Shown piece by piece: positions 7,895-17,694 of a DNA stretch of 36,538 bases. The notes under the pieces were generated by a model, which was not told where the DNA came from, ran no database searches, and saw only the letters and a program-made list of their open reading frames with translations. The DNA lies in the NCBI GenBank assembly GCA_035546375.1, contig DATKBQ010000560.1, positions 1 to 36,538 on the forward strand. The letters run 5' to 3'. Position 1 is the stretch's first letter, and each line of letters opens with the position of its first letter. A program made the translations under genes and the position numbers. Source of the stretch: Planctomycetota bacterium (GTDB lineage: Bacteria; Planctomycetota; UBA1135; GCA-002686595).

Positions 7895-10800
7895 AACGGC
7901 ATGTCCTCGGGCCGGATCTCCGCCGCGGCGGCCTGCGGGCGGGGCTCGAGGTCGCCCTCGCGCTCCCAGAACTCGAGGTCGAGGCCGCGGCGGCGCAGGT
8001 CGGCGAGCATCTCCATGTGAGCCAGGGCCTGGTGGACGCAGCGGCTGGTGTCCTCGGCTATGAATCGGGCGGCGCCGGACGCTTCCCCGTCCTCGCCCGA
8101 GCGCGCGAAGATCCCTGCGAGCGGCAGCTCGGCGAGGAACGGCCGCTGGCGGGGCTGGAGGATCCGACCGTCGAGGATGAAGACCGCCCCTCGGTCGCTC
8201 TCGCGGCGCATGAGGCGGCCGAAGCCCTGGCGCAGCTTGCCGAGGGCGCGCGGCAGGTAGATCCTCCGTCCCTGCTCGGCGACGCCCAGCGCGGCGCATT
8301 GGGCGTGGTGGTAACGATCGGGCACGCCGTAGGGCAGCTTCACGATCACCAGGTACTCGAGCGTCTCGCCCGGGAAGTCGGCGCCGTACCAAAAGGTGTC
8401 GACCCCGAGCAGGATCGAGTCGACCCGCGAGCGGAAGAGCTGGCCGAGCTCCTCCTTCGTGGTGCCGGGCATGTTCTGGTACCAGAACGGGATGCGGCGG
8501 GCGCGGAAGAACCCGGTCAGCTCCTCGCCCGTGCGGCGCACGTCGTCGGCGTTGGTGAACAGGACCAGCATGCGGCCGCGCGTGCGCTCTCCGAGGAAAG
8601 CGATGAAGCGCCGCACGTAGTCGCGGAACGCGTCGCGCGCGGAGGCGTACGGCGGCGCATCGCGCGGCACGCAGACCACGACCCGGCCGTAGTCGAACGG
8701 ATCCGGCGCGCGGAAGCAGCGCACGGCGCACGGCTCGCGCTCCTCGTCGGGGGCGGGCTCCGCGGCTCGGTCCAGGCCGAGATAGCCGCGCGCGCTGTCG
8801 AAGCCGCCGCGCATCCAGGTCGTGGCCGAGATCAAGACCGCGCCGGAGAGCTGCGGGTAGTAGTTCCGGCCCAGGTACTCGTTCGGCAAGAGGACGCGCG
8901 CCGCGAGCACGTCCACGCCGCGGCCATCCTGCTCGACGTCGTAGAAGGTCTCGGGCCGGAATGCGGGCCGGCCGTCGCGCAGTGGCAGCCAAGCGAGCAG
9001 CGCCGTATGCGACTCGACCAGGTCCGTGCGGGCCAGCTCGAGGGCGCGGCGCAGCCGGGGCATGCCGCGCGCGGGCACGCTGTCGAGGCACGACGCGAGG
9101 CTGGCCAGGGCGACGTCGAGATTCCCCAAGGCCGAGGCCAGCTCGCGGTGCGCCTCCAGGAGCTCGCCCGCGCCCGCCAGCTCCTCGTGTGCCAGCACGT
9201 ACTCGCGGAGCAGCGAGTGCTCGTCGCGCTCGCTGCGGCGGCGGCGAGCCTCCTCGCGCCAAGCCTTGAAGTCCTGAAGCGCGCCGCACAGCCGCTCCAG
9301 GGCTCCCGACGCCGCGGCCACGCTCGCGGTCGCCTCCTCCAGCTCGCGGTGAGCCTCGGTGCCGGGCAGGACGCTGCGCTGGAGGCGGTCGAGCGGCGCG
9401 CGCGAGGTCTCCTTCCCGCCCTGGCGCAGGCGCGCCAGGAACTCGCGCAGCGCCCGCGTCGACAGCTCGTGGCTCCAGGCGGCATGGGCCTGCTCGTGCA
9501 GGTGCTCGCACTCGTCGAACACCAGGCGCTTGAAGAAGGTCTGCCGCGCCAGCGCGAAGGAGTGGTTGGTGATCACCACGTGGCTGCGCTCGGCGCGCTC
9601 GCGCGCCAAGTCGGCCGCGCAGGTCTCGCGGTCGCCGGTGAGCGTGCAGCAGCCGGAGTGCGCGCGGACCGTGCGCACGAGCGACTCGAAGGCGCGCTGG
9701 GCCGGCGCGCGCGGCGCCGGGCCCCGCGTGAGCGCGAAGCGCGCCGGGAAGCGGTCGAGGTCGCCGCTGTCGTCGGTCATCGCGAACAGCGCGAGCGCGG
9801 TCCATGCGAGCCATGGCTCGGGCGGATCCTCGTCTGCTGGGACGTGCAGCCGCAGCGCCCGCCAGCAGAGGTAGTTCGCGCGGCCCTTGAGCAGGCTGGC
9901 CCTCGGCCGCTCGGCGAGGCCGGAGCGCGCCAGCGCCGCCAAGGCCCGCGGCACTTCGATCTCCATGGCCTGCTCCTGCAGCGCGCGCGTGTAGGTCGAG
10001 ACCCCGACGCGCACGCCGTGGCGCATCGACCAGAGCAGGGCGGGCACCAGGTAGGCGAGCGTCTTGCCGGTGCCGGTCGGCGCGTGCACGAGCAGGAGCT
10101 CGCGCCCGCCGAGCGTGCACGCGACCTCGCGCGCCACTTGGTGCTGGCCGGCACGGTAGGTGCGCGGCAGGCCGCTCGCCTCGAAGAGGGCGGGCAGGTG
10201 GACCTGGAAGGCGTCGTCGAGCCGGCGCATGTCCTCGGCGTCGAAGGCAGCCGGGTCATGGGGCGCGCGGAGATCCGGCGGCAGCTTGGATTGGAGCTGC
10301 CACTCGCGCTGCAGCGTGGCGCAGCGGGGCTGCAGCGCGTCGATCTCGCTCCGCACCGCGAGCTGCGGGTCGTCGGCCGCGCTCCCGAGGGCGGCGCCGA
10401 GTCGGCCGTCACAAGACTCCACCTGTGCGAACAGCTCTCCGGTCCCAGACGAGGGATGCTGGAGCAGCATCAGGGCCATGCCCAGGCGCTCGGCCAGCTC
10501 GGGCTCCCTCTCGCGAAGCCCGCGCCAAGCACAGAGGTATCCCGCGGACGCGAGCCGCAGCACCGGCTGGGGCAGCGCGAGGAATCGCCCGGCGAGCTCG
10601 GCGAGCTCCTCCTGCAGCTCGCGCGGGCCCAGGTCCGGCTTGGCGGCCGGCAGGGCGCGCCCCGGGAAGCACAGGCTCGCGATCTCGGTGATGCCGATCG
10701 CCGCCGCGGCGCCTTCGCGCGAGCCGCACAGGTGATGGCGCCAAGCGTCGAAGGTCTGGGCGTCGGGGACGACGAGCGGGCCCTGTCCGATGAACTCGAG

Positions 10801-11112
10801 CAGGCCGGCGAAGGCCTCCGCGGCAGGCGGCGCGCCGGCCAGGTCCGAGCCGCTCACGCCGTACTCGCGCAGCATGCGCGCCGTGGCCGGGTCGCCGTCG
10901 CGACCTTCGAAGGGCCGGCAGAAGCGATCGAAGCTCTCCCAGCCGCCCTCCGGCGAGCGGCGCAACCCGCGCACGCGGAAGACTCCGTCCAGGGTCGTGT
11001 CGGGGCCTGTGGCCCAGACCGTCGCAAAGGCGCTGGTTCGCGCGGGCGTACACCTGTCCCAGGGAAGCCCCTCGGCCTGCTCGGGCCGTGCGTCGGTCGG
11101 CAAGGGGGCCAT
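7891..11112 (-). CDS. dinG: DinG/Rad3(XPD)-family ATP-dependent DNA helicase with Fe-S-type cysteines and an N-terminal DnaQ-like but degenerate exonuclease-like domain
   Basis: Walker A LLVHAPTGTGKTLAYL and a DEAH-type box VFDECEHL. Cysteines lie between motifs Ia and II (NYLC, HSGCC, ETC), as in Fe-S DinG/XPD. C-terminal helicase motifs are present (LVLFTN, ILLGVDTFWYGADFPGE). I prefer the ATG at 11112 over the TTG at 11190. Confidence 0.85.
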   Translation of the reverse strand: MAPLPTDARPEQAEGLPWDRCTPARTSAFATVWATGPDTTLDGVFRVRGLRRSPEGGWESFDRFCRPFEGRDGDPATARMLREYGVSGSDLAGAPPAAEAFAGLLEFIGQGPLVVPDAQTFDAWRHHLCGSREGAAAAIGITEIASLCFPGRALPAAKPDLGPRELQEELAELAGRFLALPQPVLRLASAGYLCAWRGLREREPELAERLGMALMLLQHPSSGTGELFAQVESCDGRLGAALGSAADDPQLAVRSEIDALQPRCATLQREWQLQSKLPPDLRAPHDPAAFDAEDMRRLDDAFQVHLPALFEASGLPRTYRAGQHQVAREVACTLGGRELLLVHAPTGTGKTLAYLVPALLWSMRHGVRVGVSTYTRALQEQAMEIEVPRALAALARSGLAERPRASLLKGRANYLCWRALRLHVPADEDPPEPWLAWTALALFAMTDDSGDLDRFPARFALTRGPAPRAPAQRAFESLVRTVRAHSGCCTLTGDRETCAADLARERAERSHVVITNHSFALARQTFFKRLVFDECEHLHEQAHAAWSHELSTRALREFLARLRQGGKETSRAPLDRLQRSVLPGTEAHRELEEATASVAAASGALERLCGALQDFKAWREEARRRRSERDEHSLLREYVLAHEELAGAGELLEAHRELASALGNLDVALASLASCLDSVPARGMPRLRRALELARTDLVESHTALLAWLPLRDGRPAFRPETFYDVEQDGRGVDVLAARVLLPNEYLGRNYYPQLSGAVLISATTWMRGGFDSARGYLGLDRAAEPAPDEEREPCAVRCFRAPDPFDYGRVVVCVPRDAPPYASARDAFRDYVRRFIAFLGERTRGRMLVLFTNADDVRRTGEELTGFFRARRIPFWYQNMPGTTKEELGQLFRSRVDSILLGVDTFWYGADFPGETLEYLVIVKLPYGVPDRYHHAQCAALGVAEQGRRIYLPRALGKLRQGFGRLMRRESDRGAVFILDGRILQPRQRPFLAELPLAGIFARSGEDGEASGAARFIAEDTSRCVHQALAHMEMLADLRRRGLDLEFWEREGDLEPRPQAAAAEIRPEDMPF

Positions 11113-11416
11113 GGCCCGCAGATTAGACGACCGCCGCGCCCCGCCCGCGGCGCGGGGAAAAATCGGGTCCGCGCGGCCGGGGCCGCCCAACTGGCTTGTG
11201 CGAAACGACTTGGATCGAAAGCCTCGCGTGCGCGCGTGCGCGCGCGTGGCGGCAGCCGCCGTCGCGACCTAACGCTTTATATCGCAAAAGGTTCCATCCG
11301 TGCAGCCGTCGCGCCGTTGGCGCCTGGCCGGCGCGCACGCTTCCGTGGGCGCCGAGCTTGACTGGCCCCGCGTCCACCTTATCTATGGCCCCTCCCGCCC
11401 CGCCGTCGGGCACGCG

Positions 11417-13912
11417 ATGAGTCCCACCCCCAAGAAGACGCCGGCCGAGAAGCCGCGACCGCGGACCCGCGCTCCCTCGCGAGCGAAGGCCTCCGCCAGG
11501 AAGGCGCCCTCCGGCGACGCCGCCGGCGAGGAGTCTTCCGCCGAGGCTCCGCGCGGCCGCGGGAAGTCCCTGGTGGTCGTCGAGAGCCCGGCCAAGGCGC
11601 GCACGATCAACAAGTACCTCGGCAGCCGCTTCGTGGTGAAAGCCTCGATGGGGCACGTGCGCGACCTGCCGAAGGGGCGCTTGGGCATCGACCTCGAGCA
11701 CGGCTTCGAGCCCGACTACATGACGATCCGCGGCAAGGCCAAGGTCGTCTCCGAGCTGAGGCGCCTGGCGCACTCGGCGGACGCGGTCTACCTCGCGCCC
11801 GACCAGGACCGCGAGGGCGAGGCGATCGCTTGGCACCTCTCCGAGCTCCTCGACGAGGCCGATCGCGCGAAGGTCCAGCGGGTCACGTTCAACGAGATCA
11901 CGAAGAACGCGATCCTGAAGGCCTTCGAGCATCCGGGCACGCTCGACATGGCCAAGGTCGACGCCCAGCAGGCGCGGCGCGTGCTCGACCGGATCATGGG
12001 CTACAAGCTCAGCCCGCTGCTCTGGAAGAAGGTCGCCAAGGGTCTCTCGGCAGGCCGCGTGCAGTCGGTCGCCGTGCGCCTGATCGTCGAGCGCGAGCGG
12101 GAGATCCGCGCCTTCGTCAAGGAGGAGTACTGGCGCGTCACGGCCCAGTTCGACGAGGGCGGGAAGCCGTTCCACGCCGAGCTGCGGCGCCTGGGCGAGA
12201 AGCGCATCGACAAGAACCTGGACGAGCGGGCCGCGCGCGCGGTGGTCGAGGCGATCGGCGGCGATCCGCTCGAGCTCGCCGAGCTGGAGGAGAAGCCGAA
12301 GACGCGGCCGACGACGCCGCCCTTCACGACCTCGCAGCTCCAGCAGAAGGCCTCGACGATGCTGCGCTTCTCGGCCAAAAAGACGATGACGCTCGCGCAG
12401 CGCCTCTACGAGGGCAAGGACGTACCTGGCGAGGGCTCCGTGGGCCTGATCACGTACATGCGCACCGACTCGATGCGTGTCTCGGAGGATGCGCTCGCCG
12501 GCGCGCGCAAGCTGATCGGCGAGCGCTTCGGGAGCGAGTACGTGCCCGACAAGCCGAACTACTTCCGCAGCCGTGCGGGAGCGCAGGAGGCGCACGAGGC
12601 GATCCGCCCGACCGACGTGGAGCGCACGCCGGACAAGCTGAGGGGCGCCCTGAGCGACGACGAGCTGAAGCTCTACACGCTGATCTGGAACAAGTTCGTG
12701 GCCAGCCAGATGGCGCCCGAGCGCTCGAACGTGACCACGGCCGTCTTCGTCCACGGCCAAGCGCGTTTCGTGGCCCAGGGGGAAGTGCTGGTCTTCGACG
12801 GCCATACGCGCGTCTTCAACCCAGGCAAGGGCGAGCGCGAGGACCAGGAGCTGCCGACAAGCCTGCGGCGCGGCGAGCGCTACCGGCCCACGAAGATCGA
12901 CTCGACCCAGCACTTCACGCAGCCCCCGCCGCGCTACTCCGAAGCGACGCTGGTCAAGGAACTGGAGAAGAAGGGCATCGGACGCCCCTCGACCTATGCG
13001 GCGATCATCTCGACCATCCAAGAGCGCGGCTACGTCACCCTCGAGAGCCGGCGCTTCAAGGCGACGGAGCTCGGCGAGGTGGTCACCGACCAGCTCGTGC
13101 TGCACTTCGCCGACATGATCAACACCGAGTTCACCGCGCGCATGGAGGGCGATCTCGACCGCATCGCGAGCGGCGAAGAGGCCTGGCGCAGCGTCGTGCA
13201 GACCTTCCACGAGATCTTCTCCCGCGATCTCGAGCGCGCCGAGCTGGAGATGAAGAACCTCAAGCGCGAGCCGACGCTTTCCGATCGGCTGTGCGAGAAG
13301 TGCGGCGCGCCGATGGCGGTGCTCTTCAACAAGCGCGGCAAGTTCCTGGGCTGCTCGCGCTATCCCGAGTGCAAGAACACGATGCCGATGGAGGGCCCGC
13401 GCGAGAGCGCCGAGACGATCCCCACCGACAAGCTGTGCGAGAAGTGCGGCAAGCCGATGGTGATCCGCACCGGCAAGCGCGGGCGGTTCATCGCCTGCAC
13501 GGGGTTCCCGCGCTGCAAGAACACTGCCTCGGTCGACGAGCAGGGCAACGTGATCGAGCCCGCCCAGACCGGGATCGCGTGCGACAAGTGCGGCTCGCCG
13601 ATGGTCGTCAAGGGCTCGCGGCGCGGGCCCTTCCTCGCCTGCTCGGCCTTCCCGCGCTGCCGCAACGCCAAGCCGCTCCCCGAGGAGCTGCGCGAGAAGC
13701 CCGAGCCGACCGGCGAGGCCTGCGAGAAGTGCGGCGCCCCGATGGTGCGGAGGACTTCGCGCTGGGGGAAGCCGTTCCTGGGCTGCTCCGCGTACCCCAC
13801 TTGCAAGAACACCCGCGAGCCGGCTGCGGCCCCCTCGCCCGACGCTTCCCAGGAGGGCGCGGCGGTGCCCGCCTCGGGGTCCGACGCGGACGGCGACGGC
13901 TCGAAGCCCTGA
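11417..13912 (+). CDS. topA: DNA topoisomerase I (type IA) with four C-terminal C4 zinc-ribbon modules
   Basis: TOPRIM start LVVVESPAKARTINKYLG and DQDREGEAIAWH. Four repeats of CxxCG-x(16-19)-C-x(4-5)-CKN (13291..13812). ATG at 11417 precedes a Lys/Arg/Pro-rich ~50-aa tail. Confidence 0.97.
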   Translation: MSPTPKKTPAEKPRPRTRAPSRAKASARKAPSGDAAGEESSAEAPRGRGKSLVVVESPAKARTINKYLGSRFVVKASMGHVRDLPKGRLGIDLEHGFEPDYMTIRGKAKVVSELRRLAHSADAVYLAPDQDREGEAIAWHLSELLDEADRAKVQRVTFNEITKNAILKAFEHPGTLDMAKVDAQQARRVLDRIMGYKLSPLLWKKVAKGLSAGRVQSVAVRLIVEREREIRAFVKEEYWRVTAQFDEGGKPFHAELRRLGEKRIDKNLDERAARAVVEAIGGDPLELAELEEKPKTRPTTPPFTTSQLQQKASTMLRFSAKKTMTLAQRLYEGKDVPGEGSVGLITYMRTDSMRVSEDALAGARKLIGERFGSEYVPDKPNYFRSRAGAQEAHEAIRPTDVERTPDKLRGALSDDELKLYTLIWNKFVASQMAPERSNVTTAVFVHGQARFVAQGEVLVFDGHTRVFNPGKGEREDQELPTSLRRGERYRPTKIDSTQHFTQPPPRYSEATLVKELEKKGIGRPSTYAAIISTIQERGYVTLESRRFKATELGEVVTDQLVLHFADMINTEFTARMEGDLDRIASGEEAWRSVVQTFHEIFSRDLERAELEMKNLKREPTLSDRLCEKCGAPMAVLFNKRGKFLGCSRYPECKNTMPMEGPRESAETIPTDKLCEKCGKPMVIRTGKRGRFIACTGFPRCKNTASVDEQGNVIEPAQTGIACDKCGSPMVVKGSRRGPFLACSAFPRCRNAKPLPEELREKPEPTGEACEKCGAPMVRRTSRWGKPFLGCSAYPTCKNTREPAAAPSPDASQEGAAVPASGSDADGDGSKP

Positions 13913-14083
13913 GCCCTGAGACCGGCAAGGCGTGCGGCGGCGCCGCTCCGAGCGCTCGCGTCCGGTCGCGCTGCGCCGCTCTCGACCTCGGCCCGCGGGG
14001 CCCTTACGATGTCGGTCCCACCGACGAATTCTGGGGTACGCTCCGGTGGACCGACACCGCACTTCCCCCGCGACGGCCCACGG

Positions 14084-15148
<1,065 letters not shown>

Positions 15149-15158
15149 CGCGAGATCC

Positions 15159-15176
15159 CCGCGGCAGGTGCCGCGG
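15159..15176. terminator. Short GC hairpin centred in the 34-bp convergent gap (possible bidirectional terminator)
   Basis: CCGCGGCA (15159..15166) and TGCCGCGG (15169..15176) are exact reverse complements. There is no convincing T tract on either side. Confidence 0.3.
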
Positions 15177-15182
15177 TTCGGG

Positions 15183-16109
15183 CTAGTCGCGCCGCAGGAA
15201 GTCGACCAGGTCGCGCTCGAGCGCCGCGAGCCCGTACTCGGGCACGGTGAGGCAGCGGTAGATGATCCGCGACAGCGGCTCGGGCGTGTTCGGGTTCAGG
15301 TCGCGCGGCGGCGGATAGCTCAGGAAGTACGACAGGCTGAGCCGCTCCACCTCCCCGCCTTGCTCGCGGCCGGAGAAGGCCCAGGGCACCTCGTCGAAGG
15401 GCAGGACGCCGGTCAGGATCTCGTAGAGCATCACGCCGATGCCCATGACGTCGCCCTTCGATTCGCGAAGCAGGAGCGGGTTGTAGTGCGGCGTCGTGGT
15501 GATCACGCCGCGCTCGCCCGGACGCAGGGCCGGGTCGACCATGATCATCGAGCCCGAGGGCTTTACGATCAGGTTCTCGGGCTTCAGGTCGCCGTGGTAG
15601 GTCAGCTCGCCGGAGCGCTCGAGCTTGAGAAGCGCGCGCACGATGGTCAGGAACCAGTTGAGCCGGATGCCGTCCAGGGCGCGGATCTTCTCGCGCAGGG
15701 TCTTGCCGCGCACGTAGTCCATCACGACCACCGAGCGGCCCTCGTGCACGAACGCGTCGCGCACCCCGACCAGGTTCTGATGGCGCGCGGCGCCGAGCAT
15801 CTCGCCCTCGCTGCGCACCAGGAGGTCGATCTCGTGGGCATCGAGGAAGTCGATGCGCGCGCCGTCTTTGCGGAAGAAGACCGCCTCGGCCGGCGTCTCG
15901 TCCGGGCTGATCCCTTCCGGTCGGCGCTCGCTCGTGACGTCGAGGAAGCGCGTCACGTAGCGCCCGCCGCCCGCGACGTCGCCGACCTTGAGCGCCACCT
16001 TGTCCCCGTTCGCGTCGTTCGCCAGGTAGATCAGGGCGAAGCCGCCGCGCGCGAGGAACTCCTGCACTCGGTACGCTCCGAGGTACTCGCCTGCTGCCAG
16101 CTTGATCAT
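15183..16109 (-). CDS. Stand-alone Hanks-type Ser/Thr protein kinase domain with atypical motifs
   Basis: ATG at 16109 (MIKLAAGEY). Gly-loop-like LARGGFALIY, VALK lysine, catalytic loop HGDLKPENL, DPA in place of DFG, TTPHYNPLL in place of GTxxYxAPE, GDVMGIGVMLYEILTGVLPF. 308 aa with no TM or sensor domain. Confidence 0.8.
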   Translation of the reverse strand: MIKLAAGEYLGAYRVQEFLARGGFALIYLANDANGDKVALKVGDVAGGGRYVTRFLDVTSERRPEGISPDETPAEAVFFRKDGARIDFLDAHEIDLLVRSEGEMLGAARHQNLVGVRDAFVHEGRSVVVMDYVRGKTLREKIRALDGIRLNWFLTIVRALLKLERSGELTYHGDLKPENLIVKPSGSMIMVDPALRPGERGVITTTPHYNPLLLRESKGDVMGIGVMLYEILTGVLPFDEVPWAFSGREQGGEVERLSLSYFLSYPPPRDLNPNTPEPLSRIIYRCLTVPEYGLAALERDLVDFLRRD

Positions 16110-16246
16110 GCTCGTCCGGGGGCTTCGAGGGTGGAGGACTCCCGCGGGGCGCCCGCGGCAGGGTGGTTTTCGGGCTTCGCGCGCCCCGAATTGAGCCTTT
16201 CCGCCCGGCCGCCCCGCGGACGGGACCGCCGGCCGCGGGCGCTCGG

Positions 16247-16678
16247 TCAGGTTCCCTCCGGAACCCTGCGCAGCTCCTCGAGCGGCGCCTCTTCCAGCGC
16301 CCCCGACGGCCCCAACTCGAGGATCGCGTTCGCCCCCAGCACGAGCGTCCCAGTGGCGATCCAGCGCGCCTCGCCGCGCGGTGGGACGAAGCGCCAAGCG
16401 CGCCCGTTGGCGTCGATCATCCCGAGCTCCTGCTGCCACGGGTTGCGCACGCTGTAGAAGCGTCTCCCCGGATCGTCGGGCTGAGCCGGATCCGCGAACT
16501 CGATCACCACTCCGCGCAGAGTTCCGTCCTCGCGCACCCGCCAAGCGCGCAAGGGCCGCGTCACCGTCGCCTGGCCTTGCTCGATCCCTGCGGGCTGGCT
16601 CGTCTCGGTGGTCCGGCAGGCGCCGAGCATCGAGCCGAGGAGGCCGAGCAGCAGCCAGCGCGCGTGAAGGGAGTGCAT
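16247..16678 (-). CDS. Hypothetical lipoprotein (143 aa)
   Basis: ATG at 16678 gives MHSLHARWLLLGLLGSMLGAC, which is a signal peptide plus the lipobox LGAC. Position-3 G/C is high. Same strand as the kinase and 137 bp upstream of it. Confidence 0.6.
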   Translation of the reverse strand: MHSLHARWLLLGLLGSMLGACRTTETSQPAGIEQGQATVTRPLRAWRVREDGTLRGVVIEFADPAQPDDPGRRFYSVRNPWQQELGMIDANGRAWRFVPPRGEARWIATGTLVLGANAILELGPSGALEEAPLEELRRVPEGT

Positions 16679-16749
16679 GGGGGGGCATCGGCAGGAGTGA
16701 CGCCTTCGCTTCAGCCCCGAGGTCGTGGCGCTCGCGAGCCTTCCCACGC

Positions 16750-17688
16750 ATGGGCCTGCCGGGCCGGCGAGCTCGCTCGGGTATCCTCCGGCCGGTGGAC
16801 CCCCAGGCGCTGGAGAGCTTTCGCAAGGCGGGGCGGATCGCCGCCGAGTGCCGCGAGTGGGCGCGCGACGCGATCCGGCCCGGGGTGCGCGTGCGCGACG
16901 TGCTCGAGGCGATCGAGGCGAGGATCCGCGAGCGCGGCGCCGCGCCCGGGTTCCCGGCCCAGTCCTCGCGCAACCACATCGCGGCCCACTACTGCTCGCC
17001 GCCGGGCGACGAGACCGTCTACGCGGAGGGCGACTGCGTCAAGGTGGACATCGGCGTCCACGTGGACGGCTACGTGGCCGATACCGCGACCACGGTCGAC
17101 CTCTCCGGGGACGGGAGGTGGGCCGCGCTGATCCGCGCCTCGGCCGACGCGCTCGCGGCGGCCATCGGGACGGTGGCTGACGAGGTGCTCGTGGGTGAGC
17201 TGGGGGCGGCGATCGAGCGCACGATCGTCGCCGCGGGCTTCAACCCGGTGCGCAACCTCACCGGCCACGGCCTGGGCCGCTGGAAGGTCCACACGCCGCC
17301 GCAGATCCCGAACCAATCCGAGCGCGGCGGCGCGCGGTTGCGCCAGGGCATGGTCTTCGCGATCGAGCCCTTCGCCTGCACGGGCAAGGGCTACATCAAG
17401 GAGCGCGGCCGGGCCGAGGTGTTCATGATGACCCGCCCGCCGCTGCGGGCGAAGGGGCTCGACCGGGGGGTCCTGCGCGAGATCGAGGCTTGGCGCGGGC
17501 TGCCGATCGCGCGCCGCTACTTCCAGGAGCACGATCCCCTGGCGCTCGAGCAGACCTTGTCGGCGCTGGCGCGCCAGGGCGCGCTGATGCGCTATCCGCC
17601 GCTGGTCGAGGACGAGGACGTGATGGTCGCGCAGACCGAGCACTCGATCTACCTGGGACCGGAGGGGGTCGAGGTCCTGACCGCCTGA
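16750..17688 (+). CDS. map: Methionine aminopeptidase, type 2 (archaeal-type, M24A)
   Basis: From memory it is collinear with Pyrococcus MetAP-2 (FRKAG.IA, PAFP...S.N.IAAHY, VKVDIGVHVDGYVADTA, NLTGHGL, VFAIEPFA.TG, LP.A.R....., AQTEHS). It contains the type-2 helical insert. Start is ATG 16750 or GTG 16795. Confidence 0.9.
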   Translation: MGLPGRRARSGILRPVDPQALESFRKAGRIAAECREWARDAIRPGVRVRDVLEAIEARIRERGAAPGFPAQSSRNHIAAHYCSPPGDETVYAEGDCVKVDIGVHVDGYVADTATTVDLSGDGRWAALIRASADALAAAIGTVADEVLVGELGAAIERTIVAAGFNPVRNLTGHGLGRWKVHTPPQIPNQSERGGARLRQGMVFAIEPFACTGKGYIKERGRAEVFMMTRPPLRAKGLDRGVLREIEAWRGLPIARRYFQEHDPLALEQTLSALARQGALMRYPPLVEDEDVMVAQTEHSIYLGPEGVEVLTA

Positions 17689-17694
17689 GGCGCC

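Noticed and set aside
11113-11416. Promoter elements in the divergent helicase/topA spacer, for example the AT-rich patch CTTTATATCGCAAAAGG at ~11274..11290.
   Set aside because: No convincing -35/-10 pair with proper spacing can be derived by eye, and the promoter consensus of this lineage is unknown. I did not report it as a feature.
16110-16979. Upstream extension of the kinase ORF (to 598 aa). Similar extensions exist for the GT (7509..7808), helicase (11113..11190), topA (11300..11416), LeuDH (14009..14083), MetAP (16381..16749), pckA (24763..24942) and the DUF883 gene (26705..26773).
   Set aside because: The extensions are Arg/Ala/Pro-rich and overlap neighbouring genes or clear intergenic hairpins. 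Family-typical N-termini begin at the internal starts I chose.
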